From contig NW_027192222.1 in assembly GCF_041956535.1 (NCBI RefSeq), forward strand, positions 149,901 through 213,900: a stretch of DNA of 64,000 nt. The letters are read 5' to 3'. Both the position numbers and the translations under genes were made by a program. This document shows positions 10,724-22,382 of the stretch, piece by piece (within the stretch, counting starts at the first letter, position 1; each line of letters opens with the position of its first letter). The notes under the pieces are model-generated. The model worked only from the letters and a program-made list of their open reading frames with translations. It was not told the origin of the DNA and ran no database searches. This stretch comes from Calcarisporiella thermophila CBS 279.70. Taxonomy: Eukaryota > Fungi > Calcarisporiellomycota.

Positions 10724-11368
10724 ATGCTAACTAATTTTTTAGGCCCAAGACCCATTGCTCCGGCCCCGAGCCCCTCTTTGACCTCCGCTTCGATGCTGAC
10801 CCCTACCCCGCTCTACCCTTCAGTACCACCCCCACCTCCTATGTCGGCGAAGCGCGCAGCAGCGCTTACCCGACGTGTTGCACAAAATCGGGCTGCACAG
10901 CGGGCCTTTCGCCAGCGCAAAATCCAATACATCAAGGACCTTGAGGATAAGGCCACCGAGCTGGAGAAACTGCGCGAGTCGTACGAATTGCTCAAGCGAG
11001 AGAACGAGCAGCTCCACGCCGCCATCCAAAAATACGAGCAACAGCGATACTATCCGAACCGAAGCGAGAGACATAGCCTTTCGCCTGCCTCCGAAACAGA
11101 GCGCTCCCAGAGCTCCTTGTCCCCCTCATCAATAGGCGTCCTGCTTGGACTGGATAATCCGCAGGTGCTGAAGGATTTGGGATGGGGGAACGATGGGGCC
11201 TTGATCTTGAGCGAGCCGCTGCAAAAGCACGCGCTGCACCAGCCCTCCATATTGCAGCAGCTGAATTTGCTCGACCCTGAGTCGACCAATTCTGACAGCT
11301 CAGTGCAGGCGGAGCTGCGGTTTGGAGACTTGAGCATGGAGGATGAAAAAAAGCTATGGAGAATATAA
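10724..11368 (+). CDS. YAP/AP-1-like bZIP transcription factor, intronless
   Basis: RRVAQNRAAQRAFRQRK basic region followed by a leucine heptad repeat. Confidence 0.9.
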   Translation: MLTNFLGPRPIAPAPSPSLTSASMLTPTPLYPSVPPPPPMSAKRAAALTRRVAQNRAAQRAFRQRKIQYIKDLEDKATELEKLRESYELLKRENEQLHAAIQKYEQQRYYPNRSERHSLSPASETERSQSSLSPSSIGVLLGLDNPQVLKDLGWGNDGALILSEPLQKHALHQPSILQQLNLLDPESTNSDSSVQAELRFGDLSMEDEKKLWRI

Positions 11369-11829
11369 ACCAGATTCTCGCGATGATTCCCCTTGCAATA
11401 GCTATCTCTTTTGGGAGCATGACCCTGTAAGAAGCCACCGTAAGGAAATTATGCGGAAAGCATAAGGGCTTTTTTGTGGAAATGCCACAATTACCATTGG
11501 TTCACGTGGATTTTTAGCATACGAAATATGGAAACCAGGAGAGGCGCCCTATGAAATTTTATTCGTCTCGGCCCAAGCATGAAAGTTTGGGCCGAAATAA
11601 ATATATGGAAACGAGTCTTGGCTGTGATCCTACGGCCAGACAAATTAGTTCCGTAAAAATTCCCCAAAATTTCGGAGTAAAAATATTCAAACAAAGGAAT
11701 TTTTATCAGGTGGTAAATAAATTAATGTTATAATTTAAAAAATTCCTAAGCTGTAGAATATAATTTTAAAGCAATTAGATGGTAGCTGGCTCTTTAAATC
11801 ATAGTAATATGACCTCCTGTGGTTTCACT

Positions 11830-13150
11830 TTTATGATAATGTATAAATTTTTTCCTTGTCAGCTACATAAAATACTCTCCCTCTTTGAATCCAGCCTACA
11901 CATCTATCTAGCGTTGATACGTCAATAAATCCTTTCAAACCATATGCTGTAAAGCATCTCAGATCATAATCATCATTATCCCACTCTCCGGCCCACTGTA
12001 CTTATGCTAACATAAATTCTTCTCCTCGGTATTCGTGATGGAAATAAAACTATAATATCCAGAGAAACTCAAAATTTGTTATCGATAATTATATAAATAA
12101 GGATAATTTCCATGACTAGATTTTGAAGCGTTAGAGAGATTGGAATCCAGTTGCTCACCTCGACCTCTGCATAATATTCTTTTGTAACCATTGAACTTGG
12201 TCTGCTATGATATCTCGCGTAACGATCAACTTGAACATATGCCTGTCAAGAACATTTAATTTTCATTAGCTTAACCGCTAGGAAAATAAGAAAATTTTAT
12301 GCGCTTACTGCAACAGTATAATTATTACGCCAGTAATCCTCAGCGTCATTACGTTATCGCATCGAGCTTATATCATGTCCGTCTTTAGTCCGCAAGCGGC
12401 TATATTGAAAGCCCTTTCTTCCAACTCTCTATCATAACAAAATGTGTCCTTTAAATTATTTGAATAGAGGCCATACAATAACAAGGGGGTTAATACCTGT
12501 AACGAAGACGGACTAGTTTCGTATACAGTTGCATAGAACTCCTTGAGACGTCGGTATTCCACATCTTTCAATATATAAGATCTCATTGGCCAATAAAGCT
12601 CCTCCAGATAATCATCCAAGCCAAGTATATTTCTATTCATCCAGTAAGCCGAGTGCTTCCTCGTAGTAGGGAGAATAGATGAAAAATTGGGGTATACTGA
12701 ATGTGATAAAGTTGCTCCCGGTAGATCAAATGATTCCTAAGGTTTGCGTAGGGGTGTCGTTTCGACCTAAGAAGCGGAATAATATTTTAACTATTAGTAG
12801 ATCATCTTCATAAAAATATAGAGTGATAAGTATTATACTCTACTTTATATATGGCACCAAGATGCCACAATATCTCTCCATTGGATATTGCCAATAAGCC
12901 TGTTGGAGAACGACCAGGCATGATCTAAGTCTGAATAGTTGTTGTGTTACAATGGTTATTTCATACTTATACAAATATGTATAAGCAAGTATCTTAACAT
13001 CATTAGGGAGTTTCCAGAATGAATCAGACAATAAATATATAAGGAAATTTGGATTATGGAATTTGATTGGCCGAAATATTCAAATAGTATATCTTTAATA
13101 TTATGCCCTTCTTTTGAAAGCTAATAACTCTACCAATATACACCCAAATG
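11830..13150 (-). mobile_element. Degenerate CMC/CACTA(EnSpm)-like transposase relic
   Basis: Fragments YWQYPMERYCGILVP, EELYWPMRSYIL..LKEFY and C-terminal GFIDVSTLDRCVGW; many stops; boundaries approximate. Confidence 0.6.
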
Positions 13151-13425
13151 CCCTCATTTTTGATGCAATGAATACTCCTTTTCTTGCCGCTTCTTTTTGG
13201 AAACCACCTGCAAAATTTTCCCTTCCCCTAGTAGTGTTATATAGAGTTGCTAACCTACCTTAAAACCCACCTGCTTATGTTGGTGGCCTTTTTCTTCCAC
13301 CCTTGAACCCCCTAATTAGCAGGATAGAGAGGTCTACAGCAGCGTTCGGAGTAGGATGGGCCTCAGAGAGGGAAAGGTTTTGGCCCACAAGTAAATAAAA
13401 TTAACCTATTTCCTCTGAGGAAATC

Positions 13426-13459
13426 AACCGTTGCTCCCGAACATTCGGGAGCAACGGTT
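13426..13459. repeat. Perfect inverted repeat with 16-bp arms (imperfect extension ~13410-13475)
   Basis: AACCGTTGCTCCCGAA-CA-TTCGGGAGCAACGGTT. Confidence 0.93.
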
Positions 13460-13841
13460 AATTTCTCAGTACGAAAAAAATAGATATGCCAAGGAAGCGG
13501 GGTGGTATTCCCAGCTTCAACCAAACCCCCTTGGGCTCTAATGTGAATTTTAATTCCTTGACTCCATTTCTTCTTTTGACTCTCACTTTAGTTAACGAAT
13601 TTTTAAAGGATATATTAACAGTTGCAGATATTTCTGAAACCCTGATTTTCTATCTTCTAAATCCAGTATGTCTGCTCAGGTTTGGAATCTCCCAATTGCT
13701 GTTTTTAGAATTAATTGTAAAAAAGTAATAATACTGAAAACAAAGTTATTTAAAAACGGTGTCCGCTATCCGTGTTCCCTAGCTTTTTCGAAGCCTCCGA
13801 ATCGTGCGCTAAGAATTAGTAATCCTCTACACTTGATAACA

Positions 13842-16274
13842 ATGAACAATGAGCAAGCTTTGGAACAGATCTTCGATAGACTGGCCCAACTGGAACGACG
13901 ATATGAACGTCGACAAGACAGAAATGCCCAATAGTACGAGGACGAATCAGAGAACTCCCACTCTGACAATGATCCAGAAGAGGAAGCAGAAGAAGAAGAA
14001 AAGTTGGTTTCCGCCATTGAAGCACGCGAGGCTGGAGCATACAACTTACAAGGGAGTGTCAAACACCTCTTCCCAGAAGACTCCACACTCTCACTCTTAT
14101 TAAGCAGATCAGCAAAGCGCCTCTTCCACAAGTACCCAACCCCAAGAGGAAGATACCTCCAAATCCCAAGACTGGAGAGCTTCTGGCAACATCGTATCCC
14201 AAAACAAACACTTCTACTGGACGTCTACTATAATAAACACCAAGTATCGAACTTAATATTTATTATAGCAAGGTAAGAACTAGTAATGTCAGAAAAAAAG
14301 ATTATAAAATCCAATAAAGAACAAAAAAAATTCAAACTCGAAATTCTTACAATTCGTTTTATACAATAACAATTAATTAAGAATTTAGAAAACAACCAGT
14401 AAAATCAAGAAAGTATCGAAATTAAACCGAGGTCACATTCCAGTACTATTACATCTACCTTGCAGAAATCCAGAAGACATCCTGGGACTCGCAAGACCTC
14501 TCTTGCTCTTCCTCAACAAAATGGACGCGGATCAAGGAAAAATCGACCCCAAAGACCTCGCAGTCACCCTTGAAGATACGATCTACCTTACCCTATACAC
14601 AGCCGCAAAGGTTAAAGTGGAACGCCGATCCAGGATTGCAAAAGAAGCCAAACTTCCGCAAGGCATGGCCCGGGACGCAAAATTCGTACGTTCGAGCTCA
14701 AAAGACAGCCTTTTTGGAGAGGGATTTATTAGCGAGGTTATAGAACAGGAAAGAGGGGCAATACTCTTCGACCAAACACACAAACCAAAGCCTCAGAGCA
14801 GACCCAACTACCAAGGAAGAAGGCAATATAATAATGGAAGACAGGGAAAAGGAGTTCGGGGGCAGAGGAGCCCCAGAAACCAGCGTTACGACAACAACTC
14901 CAACGCCAACTACAACTATGCACTGAGCAACCCAACCAACACGAGCTCGAGTCAACTCAACAGATTACCCGGGAATTAGAGGCAAGCAACCCTCCGGGAG
15001 GAAGAACACAGCACTTCGCCAAAGAATGGGAAAAACGAATTGGCAAGAGCTGGAGTACTATGACTATTCAAGAGGGGGTAAGAATACAATTCGAAAAATT
15101 ACCACCCGAGGAGCCAGTAAGTCAATTTCACCTATCAAACCACGACCTACAGGCACTAGACAAAGCAGTGGAAGAATTCATAAGAGACGACGTAATAGAA
15201 AAGGCGAGTCCAAAGGCAAACGGCTTTCCGTCCAACCTCTTTCCAAAACGAGAAAAAACAAAGATCCGGCCACTCCTAGACCTACGACGGATAAATCGAT
15301 ATGTGCAGTACCAACATTTCAAGATGGAGGGATTGCCAACCATACGGGACATGATCCAACCGGGGGACTACCTGATCAAGGTCGATCTGAGCAATGCATA
15401 CTTAACAATACCGGTCCACCCGAAGAGCAGACAGTACCTCTCGTTCAAACATCGGGGGGAAACATACTCGTTCAAGGCAATGCCATTCGGTCTAGCTTCA
15501 GCTCCACGAACTTTCTCAAAACTAATGAAGGACGTGCTAGAGCCATTAAGAAAACAGGGATTTCGCCTAACATATTATCTCGACGACATCTGCTTAATGA
15601 ATCAATCAGAAGCCCAAGCAAAGAATCAAGCAAAGCTACTGATAGAACACCTTCAAGCTCTCGGTTTCATCATCAACGAAAAGAAATCAGAACTGATGCC
15701 GAAGAAGCAACAGATTTTCCTGGGATTCGAAATCAATACAATGACCATGAAAATCAAACTCCCGAAAGAGAAGGTCGCGCGAATCAGACAAGACATAAGA
15801 TTCGCGAAGACAAAGCCGAGGACAGCGAGGCAAATAGCGTCACTGGCAGGCCTCCTAGCATCAACAGCACCCGCGGTGAGGCCAGCATTCATATTTCAAC
15901 GACACTTACAAAGAGACCTCGCAAAACACCTTCAGAGAACCAACCAAGGATGGGAGAAGGTGATACCACTCTCAAAGGAAACGATAGAAGACTTGAAGAA
16001 GTGGGAAATCCTCTTAGACGTTCACAACTGCTTGCAAGTAAGAATTCCACCGCTGGACGAAACAGTGAACATAATGACAGACGCATCAGGTACAGGTTGG
16101 GGGATAGTGAGCACACACCTGACAACACATGGCCAATGGACAGACTCAGAGAAGAAAGCGTCATCGAACCAGAAAGAACTGCGGGCTATTCTCTTCGCTC
16201 TAAAGCTGCACACCAGACACTGGGAGAACAAGCACATAAGAATCAAGACAGACAACAAGATAGCCGTGGCCTAA
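13842..16274 (+). mobile_element. Second DIRS-type retrotransposon, 3'-truncated (gag, RT, RNase H)
   Basis: Gag-like frame from ATG 13842 to 14979, with a stop, a frameshift and an insertion. RT ORF has PPGGR, HFKMEG, MPFGL, YLDD; RNase H has TDASGTGWG, ELRAI, TDN. The sequence ends abruptly. Confidence 0.9.
14229..14453. mobile_element. Solo LTR (225 bp) inserted in the DIRS gag
   Basis: Termini TATAATA...TATTACA (TG..CA with one TG>TA change); 5-bp TSD TCTAC at 14224-14228 and 14454-14458; removing it rejoins the gag frame (LLDVY-LAEIQK). Confidence 0.8.
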
Positions 16275-16329
16275 AAAAATCAATATTTTACTTCAATTTT
16301 ATACTTTTTTATATTTTATTATTACTTTC

Positions 16330-18290
16330 TGTAACTATGAATAAAGCACGATTTGGGCTCCGAAGGAGCAGATACCATCCAGCTTCGTTCCCCTTGGGCT
16401 CTCGCCCAAAGGGAATTATCGAGATAGAGTTATACAGTACTCCGCAAGTTTTCAATGGAAAATTGTTCCTAAGGGAGGAAAGGCCACTACCATGCATGTA
16501 GCTTAAATACCCTTCAACAAAATTTTGAATTTTTGGCCGTTTGCTTATTTTCATTGTCTGGTTAGAATGTATTCCTCTACTTACCCATGTCATAGCATTA
16601 AAAAGTGCCTATGAAGGTATCGTGAAGAACAGTGTAGCTAAGTAATGCATCCATTTCCCTATCTTTTTTCACAATTGGACAACGTTATGTTCACTGATAC
16701 ATCTTTTGCACACCATTGACTTTCCACGGTTACTCACCAGGGGTCGTGTTTGATTATTCCGGAGCTGTTCATCTTCCGCGTTTTATAATAATATTTCATC
16801 ACTGTTTTCCTGAAGATACCGTATTTACAGATATTTGACCACACCGTAGTCATCTGTTGCCGCAAACTCTAATTGATGTGTATTTTGGAGAACCCGCCTT
16901 CTTTCAATTAAGCTCCAATCCAAGGAGAGGCTTTCTTTTGGTGGCCTTTGCTGATAAATAGAATCTATGCTATACTCTCCTTACGATATCAAGAGATGTT
17001 TTGATACCTTACACGTTTTTGAGGGCTGTTGTTTGCCTTAATTTCTCTAAAACACTAACTTTAGAAAACAAGTGGAGTGTTCTCGCGCTCGTTCTCCTTG
17101 CTCGATATTAGTGGGCGGTCTGAACGAGTTTTTTCTGATTGATAGTCGANNNNNNNNNNNNNNNNNNNNNNNNNNNNNNNNNNNNNNNNNNNNNNNNNNN
17201 NNNNNNNNNNNNNNNNNNNNNNNNNNNNNNNNNNNNNNNNNNNNNNNNNNNNNNNNNNNNNNNNNNNNNNNNNNNNNNNNNNNNNNNNNNNNNNNNNNNN
17301 NNNNNNNNNNNNNNNNNNNNNNNNNNNNNNNNNNNNNNNNNNNNNNNNNNNNNNNNNNNNNNNNNNNNNNNNNNNNNNNNNNNNNNNNNNNNAACCCGCC
17401 TTCTTTCAATTAAGCTCCAATCCAAGGAGAGGCTTTCTTTTGGTGGCCTTTGCTGATAAATAGAATCTATGCTATACTCTCCTTACGATATCAAGAGATG
17501 TTTTGATACCTTACACGTTTTTGAGGGCTGTTGTTTGCCTTAATTTCTCTAAAACACTAACTTTAGAAAACAAGTGGAGTGTTCTCGCGCTCGTTCTCCT
17601 TGCTCGATATTAGTGGGCGGTCTGAACGAGTTTTTTCTGATTGATAGTCGAGTAAACATTGCATACTGACACATTTTGAGAAAACTTTTTTATGAAGATC
17701 AAAAAGAGTGGCAATTTGTTGGTACAAATAAGCATATATTGAGTGTGAAAAAATATATGTTCATATCTTGTTGGATATTGGCTCCATGAGCATGAGATTA
17801 TATCTGTTGATGGATATCTATCTCAAGTATTATTTCAAATTAAAACAAAAAATTATAATAATAAAGTTATTGAATAACCAAATTTTTCCAGATGGCGGAT
17901 GGAATTTCAACGAAATTGCAAAAGTCATATATACATTTTGTTAAAACTCAGCCTCCTATCTCTCGGAAAATTTTCGTTTCAACTTTTGTGATAATTATGA
18001 AAGGTTATTGCCTTTATGTTATATTATTATAATATAAGTCATCATTGGTATACTTCATGGGATAAAAGAACAATAAGAGCAATAAGAAAAACACTTTAAT
18101 TTCATATACCTTCGTGCGGCATACTTTAGATGCATATAAGATAAGGAGTTTCGACGCGCTTAGCTCAAGAGGATTTATTGGTGTCGAAGCAATCGATAGA
18201 TGTGTCGGGTAGATACAAAAGGGATCACGAACCTATGTTGTGGATAAAGAGAATTTTTTCTCTCTACCCTCGACAAATGCGACGTAATGG
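16330..18290 (+). mobile_element. Second degenerate CMC/CACTA-like transposase relic
   Basis: C-terminal GFIGVEAIDRCVG*IQKGSRTYVVDKE (~18165-18255) is homologous to the end of the 11830-13150 relic; 5' boundary uncertain. Confidence 0.5.
17150..17392. other. Assembly gap flanked by identical ~259-bp copies
   Basis: 16891-17149 is repeated at 17393-17651. Confidence 0.95.
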
Positions 18291-19687
18291 AGTTAGAGAG
18301 TAGAGTCGGTAATAGCCAAGTCAAGGTTACATCTAGGAAATAGTTTTTAGTAAAATAGTGCTGTGTATAATGAAATCTGTCATATATTTGAAAACCTACT
18401 TTGATTATTTCCGTAGTTATGATTCTAAAAACGAGATAAGTTGAATATTTTTATAGTTTAGTGTACTTAAATCCAATCGTTAATATAGGAATTGGTATGA
18501 AGTTGTTAGTTATTACGGCCGAAATTGGCCCTTGGTCTAAGACAAATTTTTGGTTTTTGGCTTTTTTTCCGGCCAACCTAACAAATTTGCCAATTCTACA
18601 TACTAGTTTTAGGCCATGATATACAGAATTTTGAAACATTGGAAATAACATTGATTCGATTTCGACCAAAGTTGCTTACGGGGAATTTTTATAGGGTGTA
18701 TCAATACTCTCATCCTCCAAGTTATCTTGAATTGAAAGCATTAACATTGAATTGTTTCCAGCAAGTATACTATCGTTAGTACTTGCATTTAAATGATTGA
18801 GTTCATCTGGTATAGTTCCCCTATTGCTAGCATTATTTTCCTGAGGGTGAGATTGGTTCCCGGAAGTTATATCTAAAACGCATAAATTATTTTAGGTTGT
18901 AGCCTTTAGAATGTACATTATTATATGGAGTGCAATATTTGCAACTTTTCACATATACTTACTCTCACTCATATCTCCTATCAACCCAGGTATTGAGCCC
19001 ACTCTAGACTTTAGATATATCCGGGAATAAATTTTTTGTAAAGATATTGCGCTGAAAATAAAATGGGTGGAGAGTTATAAAGGAACTACAAAATTTCGAT
19101 TCAATGTCAATATGGAAATTTTGCGAGGTATTATAGCTTAATATGGAAATTTTGTGGGGTATTATAGCTTAATTTGACATCTTTTTGCAAGCTGACTCAG
19201 ACGATGATGACTCAGATGATGATTGCTCTGGAAGATTAACCTTATTCTTTGTTGAATAATTTCTTTGAAATATAGAATTTGCTAATATTAATTACCTCAA
19301 TTATTAAAAATTTCGAGAGCTTTCAAAACAAATCAGAAATGCTGAATTTAGTATTGTCAAAGAATATCTACAAATTAATATCTTCTTTAAAATTACTTAT
19401 AGTAATATTTTTGACTACAGATTTTATATGGAACCGGTCCAAGACGGGTATTTTACATTCTCGCGTTATATTGCTCATTCTGATACAGCTAATGGATACC
19501 GATTCTATAAAAAAGTGATATATGACATTTCAATAACCAAGTCAACAAAAAAAAATCCACACCGCTAAATAACATTAATTTAATTTCAGCCAAATTTTCT
19601 TTATAAAACTTTACTATAGGACTCTTACAGGGCCGTCCAATAATATAAACTTGCGTAATAAAGCATTTGTATCTGGTGTATTAGGCC

Positions 19688-21277
19688 TTATGTGCCTAAT
19701 ACACCAGATACAAATGCTCCGATAATTGCTGGCGACAATGTTATAAGTTGTGTAGTGATAGCTGAATACCATCCTTGACGCCAAATAATCAACCATTCAT
19801 CAATTTCGCCTTCATTAGATTTGGCCTTAATACCAAAGAGATGGTTGCCACCGTGATTGCCAACGTCTGGAAACCAAACGGCAAAAAAACAACAAAGTGA
19901 CATGGCCAGGGATTCCGAACCGCGGATGCTCATATCCCATAATGCGCCTGCATATTGCTCTATCGTTGAATTCGGTAACTCTTTAAATCGTGGATTATTT
20001 GGCGGATCAACCTGAAATATTGAATCCACGCAAGTCTCGTCTACTCCAAAGCATTCCGATACTGCATGTAGTGCTTCACGTAGTCCAGCATATCCTCCTT
20101 TAGATCCTATTGGCCCTTCACCGCCGAATGCACCAGAAGCTCCCGTAAGCCTTTTATCTCGCCATGTCCACAATTTTTCGAGGGAAGCCGGTGTCAATTT
20201 ATCTCGAAAAGTAAAGAGTATAAATTCAAGTTGATAAATTGCAAATACAATTTCTCTCGTGATGATTGTTTTGTTTTTTTCTTTCTTCACCTTTGACCAT
20301 TCAACTTTAGACTGACAATGGCTTGGATTTAGTAACCAAGTAGCCATAGCTTCGAAAGTCTGATCTGGGAGTCGCGTCCGATTGCTAACTTCAGTTGCCA
20401 CACTACGTAGTTTTATCCTTATATCCTTTAAATCGCCAGTGCCATTTTCCAATGCACGGAGAGCATTTGAATATTCCCTAAGCTCAGGAGTGTGTTCTGA
20501 CTTAATTTTTGGACTCCATACCGCTCCAAATCCAGCCTCTACCGTAGGCAGTAGGTATACAGTTCCGTGAAGGTGAGAGGTCATAAGCACAACTCGAACA
20601 CGTCGTGTATAAATGGCTCGAGCAGAATCATAATTATTTTCTCCTGTACCTTCAGCCAAAAACACGATTGATCCAACGATATTAAGTATTGCTAAAGAGT
20701 ATAATCCCATTGCGGTCGCACCAACTGCAGTTGGTAAAGAAAAAACCAAGAGCATTACGATTTGGACACCCCGAAACCACTTAGGTAATGAATCCCACCA
20801 CATATATGGTCCAAATTCTGTGCGTGCCTTCCAAACCCACGAACGAGAACGCTCAAAGTTGATGCATATCACCCAGACAACCCACTCAATTGCTACAGAT
20901 ATTAATATTACGGGGCAGTATGCGTATAACGCTAAGCATTGGAATACCCCTTGCACACATTGAGGAATTCCAGGTACAATTTTAAAGCCCGTTACATCGC
21001 TGACAATTACCGACTGAGCTTGCACTGGCAATAGCCATCCCGAAGCCGATACCAATCCTATCCAAATTACAACTATTATATTTATAATGATTCCTATACG
21101 ACCATCGCGCGATCCTAATATTCCTCCCTGATCAAATCCAGTCGCCATAAGTCCTCGGTGTATTGTAGAAAAGAGTGTTACAGCACCAAGCGCAGCTGCC
21201 TCGTGGAGCGCAGACTGTGACATTCCAGTTTTGCGAGTATTAGCCTGACGTTTATCCAAGCTAGCTCTGTTAATCAT
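19688..21277 (-). CDS. Uncharacterised multi-pass membrane protein, intronless
   Basis: 529-aa uninterrupted ORF in AT-rich DNA, with several hydrophobic helices at the N-terminus and one at the C-terminus. Confidence 0.75.
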   Translation of the reverse strand: MINRASLDKRQANTRKTGMSQSALHEAAALGAVTLFSTIHRGLMATGFDQGGILGSRDGRIGIIINIIVVIWIGLVSASGWLLPVQAQSVIVSDVTGFKIVPGIPQCVQGVFQCLALYAYCPVILISVAIEWVVWVICINFERSRSWVWKARTEFGPYMWWDSLPKWFRGVQIVMLLVFSLPTAVGATAMGLYSLAILNIVGSIVFLAEGTGENNYDSARAIYTRRVRVVLMTSHLHGTVYLLPTVEAGFGAVWSPKIKSEHTPELREYSNALRALENGTGDLKDIRIKLRSVATEVSNRTRLPDQTFEAMATWLLNPSHCQSKVEWSKVKKEKNKTIITREIVFAIYQLEFILFTFRDKLTPASLEKLWTWRDKRLTGASGAFGGEGPIGSKGGYAGLREALHAVSECFGVDETCVDSIFQVDPPNNPRFKELPNSTIEQYAGALWDMSIRGSESLAMSLCCFFAVWFPDVGNHGGNHLFGIKAKSNEGEIDEWLIIWRQGWYSAITTQLITLSPAIIGAFVSGVLGT

Positions 21278-21684
21278 AGTGTAACCAGAGTTGATGTAGC
21301 GTGGTTAAGCAGAAAGAAACTAAATAAATAAAACGATTAGGTTTTTTTTTTTTGCAAATAATAAATAAAGAAATATGTAGAGTGTTTATATTGTAAAGGA
21401 ATAATGATGTGGCTATATGGCTGAATGGCTTAAAGATTTATATTGCGATTCTGAGGAGGAACAAGGTGAAATCTGGTGTTGTTTTGCATAAGGATTGTTG
21501 TGCCATCCTTTGCATAACCATAGTACAAGTGGGGAGAGGGTGAGATTTTAACAATTTCCTGACTGCAAAACTCTCCAGAATGGGATAGAAGAATTTACTA
21601 GCGGCTTTATTTTTTAAACAGCAGTGGAGCCACATTGTATGTTGATTAGCCTATGGTAGCGGGCTATAAATACCTTTTTTTTTA

Positions 21685-21713
21685 AAAAACTAGGATATAA
21701 TATCCTAGTTTTT
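21685..21713. repeat. Inverted repeat with 14-bp arms
   Basis: AAAAACTAGGATAT-A-ATATCCTAGTTTTT. Confidence 0.85.
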
Positions 21714-22382
21714 CAAAATATTTTTATACCCCTCTATATAATTCCATCTAAAAATAAACTTTAATGCTCGATTCAAATTTGCAGCCCATCCTGTTAGGTG
21801 GGGGTTTCAAAATATTTAGAACAAAATACTTTTGAGCGAGACTACAATATCATGTTTTTATTCCACTGGAAAAGAATATACGAGCGTAAAGAAGAGAAAG
21901 TCTCCGTGTGAGCGCATTGTTATCCTAATCTAGCAATTGGAAAGAAGTGATCATGTCACGTGACTGCATCACCTAGCAATGGGTGCGGCAGCTTCGTTGA
22001 ATAGAGGTGGAATACATTAAATGCTAGGTTGTAACTTATCATATTAAAAATAGTCTTAAAATATTAAATTTTAGACTTAAAACCCCATCTAAATTTTATT
22101 TTGTTGTGTATAATAGCAAGTGGCGATTTTTTGCAATCTCTTTTCAAGATGAAACTAATACAAATTAACTCGATATAGGATGTATTCTTAGTTAAAGTGG
22201 CTCCATAAAGCTGGAGCAGATTATTTTTATTAATAACAAGGGGATATGCCGTATATAAATATAGTCAGATACTACAAAAAATATAATTTAGCGATGGGGG
22301 AGTTCAGGAAGGGCTCTAGGGAGCCGATCCCATCGATAGGGTTGATTTTTCAAATGGAATAATTATAGTGAGACTTTTAGAT

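Noticed and set aside
16891-17651. Identical ~259-bp direct repeat that looks like an LTR pair
   Set aside because: The copies abut both sides of an N gap, which is the typical overlapping-contig scaffolding artefact.
19109-19172. 31-bp tandem duplication
   Set aside because: Only two imperfect copies and no spacers, so it is not CRISPR-like; likely slippage.
21956-21965. GTCACGTGAC E-box/CDEI-like palindrome
   Set aside because: A single 10-mer with no supporting context such as a CDEII/III arrangement or clustering.
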